From Candidatus Kapaibacterium sp. (GTDB lineage Bacteria; Bacteroidota; Ignavibacteria; Kapaibacteriales; UBA2268), in NCBI GenBank assembly GCA_963665665.1, contig OY762428.1, positions 2,016,001 through 2,080,000 of the forward strand: a stretch of DNA of 64,000 nt, given 5' to 3'. Below, piece by piece: positions 39,422 to 50,003 of the stretch. Both the position numbers and the translations under genes were made by a program. A model generated the notes under the pieces. It worked only from the letters and a program-made list of their open reading frames with translations, made no database searches and was not told the origin of the DNA. The number at the start of each line of letters is the position of its first letter. Position 1 is the first letter of the stretch.

Positions 39422-41374
39422 ATGAAGATGAAAAATTTCCTGAAACTCTTAACGAAATCTGATAAAGAATCTATGCTTAAAGTGATTCTGATTCTTGTAG
39501 CTGTAAGTTTATCCGGATGCTACATGAAAACCACGCTGCCTAAGACAATCGATTGTCCTCCGCCCGAGCAGGATTGCAGGCCCGGAGACTGGAGCGGTAT
39601 GCCATTCGATACTTCGAAGACAAGCGCTGACATAAAGGGGTGGTACTGGGCAATTGAAAACGTGAAGCAGATAAATTCTCCTGATGACGAATGGGGCTTT
39701 TCGTTCATAGATAATAAGCTGGCAGCCATGACTTATTCTGATTTCGACAGGCAGAATATGCTTATTGCAAGAATGATCAGGCCCGATAAATTCGGAATGG
39801 AATCAGGTATGTATATTCCTAAAGCAGGGCATATCGGGGCAATAAGCCTGAGAGGTAATAAAGCTGTGCTTGCTTCCGTCAGGACCGAGGAAGATTATCT
39901 TGACGATGCCAGCGAGGAGGAACTTGAGGAATTTTACAGCCGGAAAGCACAGGAAAATTCGGAGAATGAATTGCTCCAGGTTGTTCCTTATGATTATCTG
40001 GTAGGGAACTCGGATCTATATTCAGCAAATTTCGAAGGGAACCAGTTAAAGAATATTGTTTCGCTCGGAGATAAAATCCATTATGATTACCAGACATGGG
40101 AATCACACCCGGCTTTATCACCAGACGGAAATGTTATATTATTTTCATCGGACAGGCCGGGAGGATATGGCGGAACTGACATCTGGATGCTGTTCAGGGG
40201 AAAAAACGGCGACTGGAGCGAACCAGTTAATGCCGGTGCTTCGATAAACACAAAATGTGACGAAATTACACCATTTATTACTTCCGACGGAAAACGCCTG
40301 TTGTATTCCTCTTCCGGCGGTGAAACTGTTGGCGGTTATGATATTTATGAAGCAAAAATCGTAAATGAATTATGGGCCGATGCCGGAGCAGGATTAAAAG
40401 ATAAAACTTCGAATATTGATTATTTTACTTCAATACGGAATATTGGCGCGCCACTTAATACTGAGGCTGATGAATTATTTCCTTCATCACCTGCTGATCC
40501 CGATTCGATACTTTATTACAGTTCGAACCAGAATCAGGGCCGTACTTCAATTATATTAATGCGTGGAGGTTTCGACATATTTGTCCGTTACCGCAAATAT
40601 CCACCTGAATATCTTGCAAAGCAGAAAAGGAAAGAAAGTGAAGTCGGTATTGATCTCGGACTGGCCGACCTTCCCGAAGAGCAGTTAGAAGATCCTGATA
40701 TTGACTATATTCCTTTCTTTGAGCTTAAAGGTACGGTAGTTAATGCCGAGACAAAACAGCCGGTTGAAAATGCCTCGGTTATTATTGCCGAACTGCCTTC
40801 AAAAGAAGTGAAGGAAGAAAAGGTTACTGATGAAGCCGGAGCTTATTCCGTTAAGCTGGAAAAGGGCCGCGAATTTGAAGTTACCGCCCAGGGCAAGGAT
40901 CTTTTCTACGATTCCTTCAAATTGAACGTGGCAAAAGAAGATACCGTAACCGAGATAGTAAGGGATGTTATCCTGCCGCTGAAGATGGAACTCAGGGTAA
41001 ATTTCCCACTGGATAACCATACAGATCCATACAAGTACGTTCTGGACAGCAATGGTGTGGAAACTAACCGCACCTGGCAGCAGGAACTTGATAAACTGGC
41101 AGATAATATAAAATTGTCAATGAAAAACCTTGAAAAAATTATTCTGGTAGGTAATACTGATTATCTTGCCAGTGTCAGCTATAATAATAAGCTCGGCCAA
41201 AGGCGAGTTGATTTTGTAATCAGGGAACTGATAAAAAGGGGAGTTCCGGAAGACATCCTTGAAGGACGTTCCGCAGGTGAACTGGAACCATTGCCTAAAC
41301 GACCAGGTGAAAACGAGAAAATGTATCGCAAGCGTTTAAGAAGAGTGACTTTGGAAAAGGTGCTGAAGAGTTAG
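39422..41374 (+). CDS. OmpA-family lipoprotein with PD40 propeller repeats and carboxypeptidase-regulatory-like domain
   Basis: Lipobox LSGC (start may be ATG 39473); PALSPDG..FSSDRPGGYGGTDIW; C-terminal GNTD...YN.KL..RR OmpA-like motif. Confidence 0.8.
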   Translation: MKMKNFLKLLTKSDKESMLKVILILVAVSLSGCYMKTTLPKTIDCPPPEQDCRPGDWSGMPFDTSKTSADIKGWYWAIENVKQINSPDDEWGFSFIDNKLAAMTYSDFDRQNMLIARMIRPDKFGMESGMYIPKAGHIGAISLRGNKAVLASVRTEEDYLDDASEEELEEFYSRKAQENSENELLQVVPYDYLVGNSDLYSANFEGNQLKNIVSLGDKIHYDYQTWESHPALSPDGNVILFSSDRPGGYGGTDIWMLFRGKNGDWSEPVNAGASINTKCDEITPFITSDGKRLLYSSSGGETVGGYDIYEAKIVNELWADAGAGLKDKTSNIDYFTSIRNIGAPLNTEADELFPSSPADPDSILYYSSNQNQGRTSIILMRGGFDIFVRYRKYPPEYLAKQKRKESEVGIDLGLADLPEEQLEDPDIDYIPFFELKGTVVNAETKQPVENASVIIAELPSKEVKEEKVTDEAGAYSVKLEKGREFEVTAQGKDLFYDSFKLNVAKEDTVTEIVRDVILPLKMELRVNFPLDNHTDPYKYVLDSNGVETNRTWQQELDKLADNIKLSMKNLEKIILVGNTDYLASVSYNNKLGQRRVDFVIRELIKRGVPEDILEGRSAGELEPLPKRPGENEKMYRKRLRRVTLEKVLKS

Positions 41375-41438
41375 CGATTTTTTTTAATAAACGAAACCAT
41401 AAACTTAGGAAAAGTGATAAAAAAGGGATTATAAGAAA

Positions 41439-43622
41439 ATGACGCCATTAAGATTTCTATCCATATTATTAATATTATTTCTCGTGGGTTGCGGGAGTGT
41501 TGCCCTGTATGTGAACAGTGTAGTATCAACAGGTCTGCCTTCGCTTGAACAACTTGAAAACCCCAAGCAGAACCTTGCTACCCAGGTTATCAGTGCTGAC
41601 GGTAAAGTACTTGACCTGTTTGCTAAAGACAGAAGGGTAAGGCTGCCACTTGATAGTATTCCAAAAAACTTCATTAATGCCCTGATTGCAACAGAGGATA
41701 AAGACTTTCGTGATCATTGGGGCGTATCTGCCGAAAGGGTAATTAAAGCTGCTGTAAAAACCATTTTATACAAAGTTCTGGGTTATGGCAGGCAGGAAGG
41801 TGCTTCAACTATTACTATGCAGCTGGCCAGAAATCTTTTTTTAAACCATGATAATCGAATGGAAAGAAAAATACGTGAAGCTTTTGTGGCTGTCCAAATC
41901 GAGAAAACATATACTAAGGAAGAAATTCTTGAGATGTATATAAATACGGTTCCCATGGGGCGTGGTGCTTACGGGCTTAATGTTGCTTCCCGAGTTTACT
42001 TTGATAAGTCTCCTCAGGAACTAACTTTGGCCGAATGCGCACTATTGGTAGCCATTATTAAAACTCCCGAGAGATATAATGACAGAAATGTTGACCTGGG
42101 GCTGGCAAGAAGAAACCTGGTTTTACGCCTTATGCATGACCAGGGATATATTGGCTCTGAATACGGAAAAGCATTGAAAGAACAGATTAATTTCAAAACA
42201 GGAAAGTGGACTTCGCGCGATATAAGCATAGCGCCTCATTTTGTTGAAATGATCAGGCAGAAACTTCATCGCGGAGGCCTGTTGGCAGGCAAGGGAATCA
42301 ATCTTTATGAAGACGGGCTGACTATCTATACTACTATTGATACCAGAATTCAGCAGTATGCCAATGAAGCCGTTGAAGAACATCTGCTTGAATTTCAGAA
42401 ATTATTCGAGAGGAACTGGCGCTGGAAATACAACCGTGAACTGCTGAACGATTTTGTCAGCAAAGCTATCAAAGCCAGGGCTGATTATAAAGAAGCCTCA
42501 AAAGACATGAAAAAACGCATAGCTGCTTCACTCAGGAAAGACAAGAAATTCCTTGATTCTCTTAAAAATATTCTGACAACTATACAGACAGGATTGGTCG
42601 TTATTGATCCTGCAAGCGGAGCTATCAGGGCAATGGTAGGTGCTTCTCCGAAATTCATGAAAGAGCACAACGATGCAAAATACTCGCTGAACCATGCTAC
42701 CCAGATACGAAGGCAGCCGGGTTCATCCTTCAAACCATTTGTTTATTCTCTTGTTGTTCAGCAGGGCGTCCCTACCGACACCCTGATCGAATGCGGGCCT
42801 TTTTCTTTTGAAACCGTTACGGGTGAAATATGGAGCCCAAGGGGTACAGGCGGATGTGAGGAAGGTGGTAAAATTTCCTTGCGCGATGGCCTTAGGCGTT
42901 CTATAAATACTGTGGCAGCAAGGCTTATTACGGAAGTAACCAGCCCTGCTAAAGTTGTTTCCCTTCTACGCAGAGCAGGAATAAAGTCGAATATTCAGGC
43001 TGTTCCGGCAATTGCCCTCGGTGCCGGTGGTGAAGTTACTCCTCTTGAGTTGACATCGGCATACAGCATTTTTGTATTCAATGGCTATCATGTTGAGCCA
43101 TGGTATATTGACAGGATTGAAGATAATAATGGGAACATTATATATCAGAAAAAAGACAGCAAACAGGTTCGTGATGCTTTGGAAACAAAAACAACACATA
43201 CTATGACCGGACTGCTCAGCAATGTTATTCAGCATGGTACCGGCTGGCGCGTAAAACAATTCTTCACCGGGGTTGACTGTGCAGGTAAAACCGGAACAAC
43301 CAATGACAACACCGATACCTGGTTCGTGGGTTATACCCCCGAACTTGTTGCAGGATGCTGGGTAGGATTTGATGATATGAGAGTCTCATTTGGTGAATAC
43401 GGCGAGGGTGGAAAAGCTGCAGCGCCGATCTGGGGCAGGCTTATGGGGAAAATTTATGACGATAAAACCCTGCCATATAAAAAGAAAAAATTCGATTTCA
43501 TGCTGAAAGATACCTCGGAAATTGTTAATCAGACTTTCTTCAATGATTCAACAATTAATACCGAGGCAAGCAACAGCAATAATGCAAGGAAATTTCCGCG
43601 CTTAAGGCCGGAAAACAATTGA
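41439..43622 (+). CDS. Class A penicillin-binding protein (PBP1A family)
   Basis: EDKDF..H.G, GASTITMQLARN, RKIRE; SSFK, SIN, KTG transpeptidase motifs. Confidence 0.95.
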   Translation: MTPLRFLSILLILFLVGCGSVALYVNSVVSTGLPSLEQLENPKQNLATQVISADGKVLDLFAKDRRVRLPLDSIPKNFINALIATEDKDFRDHWGVSAERVIKAAVKTILYKVLGYGRQEGASTITMQLARNLFLNHDNRMERKIREAFVAVQIEKTYTKEEILEMYINTVPMGRGAYGLNVASRVYFDKSPQELTLAECALLVAIIKTPERYNDRNVDLGLARRNLVLRLMHDQGYIGSEYGKALKEQINFKTGKWTSRDISIAPHFVEMIRQKLHRGGLLAGKGINLYEDGLTIYTTIDTRIQQYANEAVEEHLLEFQKLFERNWRWKYNRELLNDFVSKAIKARADYKEASKDMKKRIAASLRKDKKFLDSLKNILTTIQTGLVVIDPASGAIRAMVGASPKFMKEHNDAKYSLNHATQIRRQPGSSFKPFVYSLVVQQGVPTDTLIECGPFSFETVTGEIWSPRGTGGCEEGGKISLRDGLRRSINTVAARLITEVTSPAKVVSLLRRAGIKSNIQAVPAIALGAGGEVTPLELTSAYSIFVFNGYHVEPWYIDRIEDNNGNIIYQKKDSKQVRDALETKTTHTMTGLLSNVIQHGTGWRVKQFFTGVDCAGKTGTTNDNTDTWFVGYTPELVAGCWVGFDDMRVSFGEYGEGGKAAAPIWGRLMGKIYDDKTLPYKKKKFDFMLKDTSEIVNQTFFNDSTINTEASNSNNARKFPRLRPENN

Positions 43623-43648
43623 TAAACAGTATTTAGCCGGAGAGGGAT

Positions 43649-44308
43649 ATGAATAAAAACTATGATTTTACTGACGGAAGGGAAATGCAGATTGGCACTA
43701 TGTTCTGCATTGGAAAAAATTATGAAGCTCATGTCAGGGAAATGGGCTCTAAAGTTCCCGAATATCCTTTTATATTTATTAAACCTCCGCAGGCTTATGT
43801 TCCTGATGGTTCGGCAGTAGAACTTCCTGAGTTTTCCGATATGATACACCATGAGGTCGAACTTGTTATTGTTATAGGTAAAGACGGGCAGGATATCAGC
43901 GAAGAAAATGCTTATAACCATATTGCCGGCTTCGGTATCGGGCTTGATCTGACACTGAGGGATCTTCAGACAGTGGCAAAGAAAAACTGCTTTCCCTGGG
44001 CAATTGCAAAAGGATTTAAAAATTCTGCTCCTTTGTCCCGTATAACTCCCTATAATAATGATAAGCATGGCAAACTTATTCTTGACCTTGAATTATCTGT
44101 AAACGGGGAAAAACGTCAGGAATCTAATACATCCATGATGATAAACAGTATACCCAGGATAATATCTTTTCTTTCAAAAGTTTTTTCCCTAAGGGAAGGC
44201 GATTGCATTTTCACCGGTACACCCGAGGGAGTAGGGCCTGTGAATAGCGGTGATAAACTGCATGCCAGACTGAAAGGTGTTGCTGATTTGAATATTGAAA
44301 TAAAATAG
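43649..44308 (+). CDS. Fumarylacetoacetate hydrolase family protein
   Basis: CIGKNY..H..E, HHEVEL, DLTLRDLQ, W..AKGF, FTGTPEGVG. Confidence 0.92.
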   Translation: MNKNYDFTDGREMQIGTMFCIGKNYEAHVREMGSKVPEYPFIFIKPPQAYVPDGSAVELPEFSDMIHHEVELVIVIGKDGQDISEENAYNHIAGFGIGLDLTLRDLQTVAKKNCFPWAIAKGFKNSAPLSRITPYNNDKHGKLILDLELSVNGEKRQESNTSMMINSIPRIISFLSKVFSLREGDCIFTGTPEGVGPVNSGDKLHARLKGVADLNIEIK

Positions 44309-44332
44309 TATATCATAATAAATGGCATTACT

Positions 44333-45721
44333 ATGAAAAAATTACTCTTAGCGCCGGTTATTGCTTCTCTGATATTTTCAACCTGGGGTTGCGGCATAGG
44401 CCTTAACAGGATTGAAAAAGACACATATACAATATCCCACAGGGATACAACCACGGAATATCATGTGCAGAATGCTCCGGGCAATCGTGATAACGGGGTG
44501 ATATTTCCTTCATCCCGGACATTTAAATCCGAACGTTACCTGCTTCAGCAGGATAGTGTTGTGGAAAGGGAATACCCGGATTTCATCAGGATGGGAGCTT
44601 TCGAAAGTGTGGGTTTCCTGCTCGGCGGTGATAAAGATTACGCCCTTGGTTCGGGATTATTCGGTATATTTCATGATTTTGACAAAGATTATACTAATTA
44701 CCGTGGCGATCCGGACAAAGTATTTGTAGGCGGGCTTTACAGAATCGGAATCGGAGAGTGGCGCCTGCGCTGGTTCAGGGATGCCAAAAACTGGACTATT
44801 GGCAGTTCGGCTTTCGAGGCTATAGTTCCTGATGCCCGTTTGGAGAAGACCCTTTTGAGTATAGCCCCGATATACGTCAGGAAAAGGTGGTTCCTGAGTG
44901 AGGATATTCCTTATCTCTGCCTTACCGGAGCTGTTGGAATCGGGTATTATCCGTCACAATATATTAATACTTCCCTGTCACTCGACCTTGGTTCATTATC
45001 CGGCCTTAATTTCAGAGCTTACGCCGGATTTGCCGCCGGGCAGCATTCGGCATCCGCCCCGCAGGTAAAAGAAAGCAATTTTTCCAATGAAGCTCAAAAA
45101 ACTTATATACCTTACGCCGGTATTGGAGTTTCATTGCTGGATTTCTTCAATTTGGTTGAGGAAACAGAAACCGAATGGAAAGACTACAAACATAGCGGCT
45201 GGGATATCGGGCTTATGCAGATAGGTTTCCTTTCCACCGGTTCTGATTATTCATCCTTTGCAGAAGATAACGAGGAAGGAATGCTTAACGGCTTGATGCT
45301 GCGTTTCCTGAATGCATCAACGGCTATACCAGTGCTGAACAATCAATTTTATGCCGGTACATCCCTGTTCAGTATGATTGCTCTTGGAAAATACGAATGG
45401 GGCGTAGGAGTTTTGCCAATAAGAGTAGGCTACTGGCAAACAATACTTGCAGATGAACTAACCACAGAACCATTCATGGAATTCAATTATTATCCTTCAT
45501 CATTTGTAAATATCGGAAACAGGGTAAACCTGAGGATAAGCGAGCAGATTAACGTCAGCTTTATTATTGGCTATGCTTCCGGCAGTACAAGTGAAGTGCT
45601 TGGTAATAATCTGGTTGACAACTTTGGCGCTCCGGGGGATTTTTCCGGAACATATATCGGCCTTACGATAGGCTTCATGGATAAAATTTTCTTCCCTGAA
45701 GAAATCAGATATAATAAATAG
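44333..45721 (+). CDS. Hypothetical lipoprotein / beta-rich outer-membrane protein
   Basis: Lipobox-like TWGC; Gly/aromatic-rich beta-strand pattern. Confidence 0.55.
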   Translation: MKKLLLAPVIASLIFSTWGCGIGLNRIEKDTYTISHRDTTTEYHVQNAPGNRDNGVIFPSSRTFKSERYLLQQDSVVEREYPDFIRMGAFESVGFLLGGDKDYALGSGLFGIFHDFDKDYTNYRGDPDKVFVGGLYRIGIGEWRLRWFRDAKNWTIGSSAFEAIVPDARLEKTLLSIAPIYVRKRWFLSEDIPYLCLTGAVGIGYYPSQYINTSLSLDLGSLSGLNFRAYAGFAAGQHSASAPQVKESNFSNEAQKTYIPYAGIGVSLLDFFNLVEETETEWKDYKHSGWDIGLMQIGFLSTGSDYSSFAEDNEEGMLNGLMLRFLNASTAIPVLNNQFYAGTSLFSMIALGKYEWGVGVLPIRVGYWQTILADELTTEPFMEFNYYPSSFVNIGNRVNLRISEQINVSFIIGYASGSTSEVLGNNLVDNFGAPGDFSGTYIGLTIGFMDKIFFPEEIRYNK

Positions 45722-45747
45722 CAAACTTTATTATTAAACTTACTATT

Positions 45748-46260
45748 ATGAAAAATATCCTGATAATTCTGATATTGATTTTCGGCATAATTTCCTGCAA
45801 TAAGGAAAAAGATGATTCCCAGTGGGAAAAGGTAATTGGATTCAATGAGGTGAAAGAAACATCCGGTATAAATCAGCTTCCCAAAGGAATTGCTTATTTA
45901 CCGTTATATTCACATATCTATCATATACATGAAACTAATCCATATATGCTGACAGTAACTGTAAGCATTAGAAATGTTTCACTTCTTGATACGGCTTATA
46001 TCCTGAAATGCGATTATCATAATACTGAAGGAAAAAAAATCAGGGAATACGTTCATAAACCTGTTTTCTTAAAACCATTGGAAACAATAGAAATTGTGAT
46101 TTCCGAAGCCGACAAAGACGGAGGCTCAGGAGCAAATTTCATATTTGAATGGGCCATGAAAAATAAAAAATATCCTCCGCTGTTCGAAGCTGTTATGATA
46201 TCAACTCAAAGCCAGCAAGGCTTATCATTTGTAACAAGAGGAATAGATATCAGCAATTGA
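45748..46260 (+). CDS. DUF3124-like lipoprotein
   Basis: Lipobox IISC; YLPLYSHIY, TVSIRN, GGSGANFIFEW, P.FEAVMI, GLSF.TRG. Confidence 0.8.
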   Translation: MKNILIILILIFGIISCNKEKDDSQWEKVIGFNEVKETSGINQLPKGIAYLPLYSHIYHIHETNPYMLTVTVSIRNVSLLDTAYILKCDYHNTEGKKIREYVHKPVFLKPLETIEIVISEADKDGGSGANFIFEWAMKNKKYPPLFEAVMISTQSQQGLSFVTRGIDISN

Positions 46261-46357
46261 AAACAGCTCCGGGATATTAATATAACTATATCTGAACAGG
46301 CGAATTGTCGCCAGAAAAATATTTATGAATAATATTATCCATAAGAAAATGACTGAA

Positions 46358-46936
46358 ATGAAAAAGATAAACATCCTGATTGCCGCTTTAGCATTGTTTT
46401 TGCTGAATTCATGTCAGCCGGATACATATTTTTTAAACCGCAAAGTAGCTGAATATATGATAAGCGGAGAAATATTATCCCACATAGACAGTGTGGAAAA
46501 ATCCGGAGAAAATGCTGTTTTAATCCACTCAGGCGGAATTACTTCACTTCGTGTGCTAAAGATTACACAACTAATTGCCGATTTTACTATAGAGGCAAGC
46601 AATGGGAAAGGAATCCGGTTTGCTTTCCGAACCAATAGTAATGATTATCCCGAGCATAACGCTATCAGGTTTGATTATACTACAGAAGGTTCGTCGGTAT
46701 TTGAAAATAATAGTCTTTTGGCACGGGTGGATTCTGTAAAGCTGACTCATTATGAACCTGTACGGCTGAAAATTTACAACGATGGTATATATTATAAAAT
46801 ACTTGTTGATTGTGATACGGTTTATAAAGGATCAACTATGCTACCGGCAACGGAGTATGTTATCATCGAATCTCTCGGAGGTACTGAAGCTCTTCTTTCT
46901 GGCATAGATTTTGCCGAAATCGTAGATGAGTTTTAG
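46358..46936 (+). CDS. Hypothetical lipoprotein
   Basis: MKK..LLNSC lipobox if started at ATG 46358. Confidence 0.55.
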   Translation: MKKINILIAALALFLLNSCQPDTYFLNRKVAEYMISGEILSHIDSVEKSGENAVLIHSGGITSLRVLKITQLIADFTIEASNGKGIRFAFRTNSNDYPEHNAIRFDYTTEGSSVFENNSLLARVDSVKLTHYEPVRLKIYNDGIYYKILVDCDTVYKGSTMLPATEYVIIESLGGTEALLSGIDFAEIVDEF

Positions 46937-47004
46937 TACTTTGACAAATTATCCGGCCCCGAAGTATTTTTTTTGGTAATTAATTTAAATATCAAAAAAA
47001 AATC

Positions 47005-47031
47005 TAAAGTCTGAAAAAAAAATGCCGAAAA
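47005..47031 (+). promoter_or_regulatory. Sigma28 (FliA)-type promoter of flagellin
   Basis: TAAA-N15-GCCGAAAA versus consensus TAAA-N15-GCCGATAA. Confidence 0.8.
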
Positions 47032-47062
47032 AGAAAACTAAGAAGGAAAAAATAATAATGTT

Positions 47063-47099
47063 GGCAGGATGCCCTTACATTTATAAACAACACGGAGGT
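47063..47099 (+). promoter_or_regulatory. Putative CsrA-binding sites in flagellin 5' UTR
   Basis: GGCA-GGA-TGCC hairpin (47063-47073) and ACGGAG overlapping the RBS. Confidence 0.6.
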
Positions 47100-47104
47100 A
47101 TATT

Positions 47105-48055
47105 ATGCCAACAGCTATATCGGGTGGCTCAAGAATTCGCACCAATATTCAGGCGGAAAATGCTTACAACGCACTGAATAAAGCGGGCAATAATATTGCT
47201 AAAAGCCAGTTGCGATTATCAACCGGTAAAAGGATTAACAACGCATCTGATGATGTTGCCGGTTATATCACTTCAAGGTCTTTGCAGTCAAGAAATGGCG
47301 CTTTAAAATCAGCCATGCAGTCCACTGGTGATGCTAAGAACGTTACATCCATTACTCAGGATTCCCTGGATAATATAAACGGACTACTTACAACCATTAA
47401 GGACTCGGCTGCTACAGCATCTTCAGGCTCTTTGGGAACGGATGAGAAAGTTGCATTGGCCAAGGGAGCTTACCGTTTGGCACAACAGATTCAATTTGTA
47501 GTTGATTCTACTGTATTTGGCGGCAAGCAGCTTCTTCAGGGTGATTTTCAGGGCGAATGGACTATCGGCTATTATGCTGACAACACAGTGCTGTCTATCG
47601 ACCTGAATTTGAAAACCGACAACTCAGACTTTAACGTCGATAGCCAGAACTTTAACCTGAACGCTACAGCAAGTGCAAGGGCCGGAGTTACTAGCACATT
47701 TGCCGGTGTTGAAGGGCTGAATCTTGAAGCATTGAACAGTGTTTCTGCAGATGAATTGGGCATCTTCTCTAATGACCAGATAAATACTACACTTACAAGC
47801 CTTGCAACGGCTTTGAACAATGTGAACAAAGTTGCTTCATATATTGGTGGTGTTGAAATCAGGTTGAATTCACAGGAAGATTTGCTTCAGTCACAGATGA
47901 CGAATTATTCAGCTGCTATATCAAGAATTGAAGATACTGACGTTGCTAAAGAACAGCTTGACCTTATTAAGAGCCAGTTCCTGCAACAGGCATCAGTGAT
48001 TTCCCTGGCACAGGCAAATCAGAACCCGCAGACATTCCTGCAGTTAATGGGTTAA
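47105..48055 (+). CDS. fliC: Flagellin
   Basis: RIRTNI..., RLSTGKRINNASDDVAG, T.FGG..LL.G, SRIEDTDVAKE, LAQANQ.PQ..LQL. Confidence 0.95.
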   Translation: MPTAISGGSRIRTNIQAENAYNALNKAGNNIAKSQLRLSTGKRINNASDDVAGYITSRSLQSRNGALKSAMQSTGDAKNVTSITQDSLDNINGLLTTIKDSAATASSGSLGTDEKVALAKGAYRLAQQIQFVVDSTVFGGKQLLQGDFQGEWTIGYYADNTVLSIDLNLKTDNSDFNVDSQNFNLNATASARAGVTSTFAGVEGLNLEALNSVSADELGIFSNDQINTTLTSLATALNNVNKVASYIGGVEIRLNSQEDLLQSQMTNYSAAISRIEDTDVAKEQLDLIKSQFLQQASVISLAQANQNPQTFLQLMG

Positions 48056-48113
48056 TGACTAATTAAACTTCGGAGGCAGCGGGTAATAAATTCGAACAAT
48101 ATTTTCCGGCAAG

Positions 48114-48138
48114 AGGCGGAGCGACAGCTTTCGCCTTT
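48114..48138 (+). terminator. Hairpin/terminator after flagellin
   Basis: AGGCGGAGC-GACA-GCTTTCGCCT-TTT. Confidence 0.5.
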
Positions 48139-48171
48139 TCCGGGCTAAAATAGAATAGGAGTTGATCAAGT

Positions 48172-48525
48172 ATGGCATCAGCAGCACAACAACTCGCGGC
48201 CAGCAAGCTGTATGGAACAAAAGGCAAGGGGCAGGTTCCCTCTTACCTTGAGCAGGAAGTTTATTCCTGGAGCAAAGAAAAAATCATACTTAAAATGTAT
48301 GATCTTTTCATAGTTAGCTGTAAAAGGCAGGATGTTCAGAAAATGAGCCGTGTTCTGATAGAATTAATGGGATCGCTGAATTTTGACTACGAAGAAACTT
48401 CTACCAGGCTTTATCGTCTTTATGAATATTGCCAGAGATGTATTTTTCAGAAGAAATTCGACGAAGCTCTTCATATTATTACAGACCTCAGGAATACCTG
48501 GGCAAAAGCATTTAATCTTGATTAG
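48172..48525 (+). CDS. fliS: Flagellin chaperone FliS
   Basis: ELMGSLNFD...L..LYEY...I..LRNTW pattern; follows flagellin. Confidence 0.85.
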   Translation: MASAAQQLAASKLYGTKGKGQVPSYLEQEVYSWSKEKIILKMYDLFIVSCKRQDVQKMSRVLIELMGSLNFDYEETSTRLYRLYEYCQRCIFQKKFDEALHIITDLRNTWAKAFNLD

Positions 48526-48535
48526 GAGTTGAAAT

Positions 48536-49969
48536 ATGGCTGATTATTCTTTATCAGGCGTTTCATCAGGCGGTTACGAATCGCAAACTGATCAAATTGT
48601 TGCTGCTTATAAACAAACACAGCAATACCGGATTGATGCGCTCAATACAAAAAAATATGATTACCAGGAAAAGCAGGCCTTTTTCAATACGCTTAATTCG
48701 AAGCTTAGCACATTAATTTCCAGGCTTGACACATTTACGGCTGATGATGCTGCCGACAAGTTTGTTACACGGTCGATAACATCGTCAAATACCTCGGTTA
48801 TGACTGCTTCTGCCGACAGTGACGCAATTGTCGGTATTAGTCAGATTAATGTACAGCAGCTTGCAACAAATGACATTCTAATCTCTGATCAGATGAACCT
48901 GGATGATGACTTTAAACTTAAAGCCGGAACCCAGGAATTTGTATTAAATATCGGAGAGAACGAATATACGATCAATATGGAACTCGATGGTGATGAAACC
49001 AACGAAGAAGCAATGAAAAAAATTGCAAAGGCTATAAACAGCTTTACCGATGATGATGACGAAGAAATAGCAGTTACCGCTGCTTTTATTAAGGATACTT
49101 CAACAACCGGAAGGCTTACACTCACTTCCACCGAAACAGGTTCTGAAAATGAAATATCCTTTACACAAACTAAGCTTTCAAAGGAACTCGGGTGGTCAAA
49201 CAATCTGAAAAGTTCAGGCGATAGCCGTACTGAAGCAAACGATACTTCGGCCGGCTACAGATACGCCGACAGAAATGAGCTTGACGCAAATCTGACAGTA
49301 AACGGAATTGACATCACAAGATCGTCAAACAGTATTGATGATCTTCTCCCGGGAGTAACCCTTAACCTGAAAAAACCTCAGGAAGAAGATGAACTCCCCG
49401 TAACATTGACAACTGAAATTGATGTTCAGGCAGTGGTTGATCTTCTGGAACCATTGCTTAATTCGTATAATGATACTTTGGAATATCTTAATTATGATAA
49501 AGATATCAGAAGATCCGAAAGCTCGGTAAGCGGGTTATATTCAAGGCTTAGGGGAACATTATCAGAAAAAGTTACCGGCCTTGGTGATGGCGACCCGAAT
49601 TATCTGGCTTCTATTGGAATAAATATTGGTTCTGACGGCACAGTAAGTATATCCGATAAGGAAAGGCTTGAAGAAGTTCTGGCCGACGATCCTCAATTGG
49701 TAGCTAATTTGTTTACAGCGGAGGACAGTTTTGTAAATAAAGTCAGCTCGGCACTTGAAAATCTGACCGGCTCCGGCGGGTTATTTCAAACAAGGGCATT
49801 GTCACTCGGAGACCAGATAGACTATACCGCTGAAAGAACTGAAGAATTACAGGCAAGAATAGATGCTCAGGCAGAAACACTTCGGAAGCAGTACGAAGAT
49901 ATGCTTGAAGTTTACCTTGAAGCTCAAAATCAATATCAGCTTCTCGGCACGTCGTCTTATTCTTATTAA
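48536..49969 (+). CDS. fliD: Flagellar filament cap protein FliD
   Basis: V.QLA, A.LTVNG.DITRSSNSIDDLLPGVTLNL, L.SIGI...DG, LRKQY C-terminus. Confidence 0.9.
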   Translation: MADYSLSGVSSGGYESQTDQIVAAYKQTQQYRIDALNTKKYDYQEKQAFFNTLNSKLSTLISRLDTFTADDAADKFVTRSITSSNTSVMTASADSDAIVGISQINVQQLATNDILISDQMNLDDDFKLKAGTQEFVLNIGENEYTINMELDGDETNEEAMKKIAKAINSFTDDDDEEIAVTAAFIKDTSTTGRLTLTSTETGSENEISFTQTKLSKELGWSNNLKSSGDSRTEANDTSAGYRYADRNELDANLTVNGIDITRSSNSIDDLLPGVTLNLKKPQEEDELPVTLTTEIDVQAVVDLLEPLLNSYNDTLEYLNYDKDIRRSESSVSGLYSRLRGTLSEKVTGLGDGDPNYLASIGINIGSDGTVSISDKERLEEVLADDPQLVANLFTAEDSFVNKVSSALENLTGSGGLFQTRALSLGDQIDYTAERTEELQARIDAQAETLRKQYEDMLEVYLEAQNQYQLLGTSSYSY

Positions 49970-50003
49970 TTAAATTTTTTAAAACCCGGCAACGGAGGTT
50001 ATT

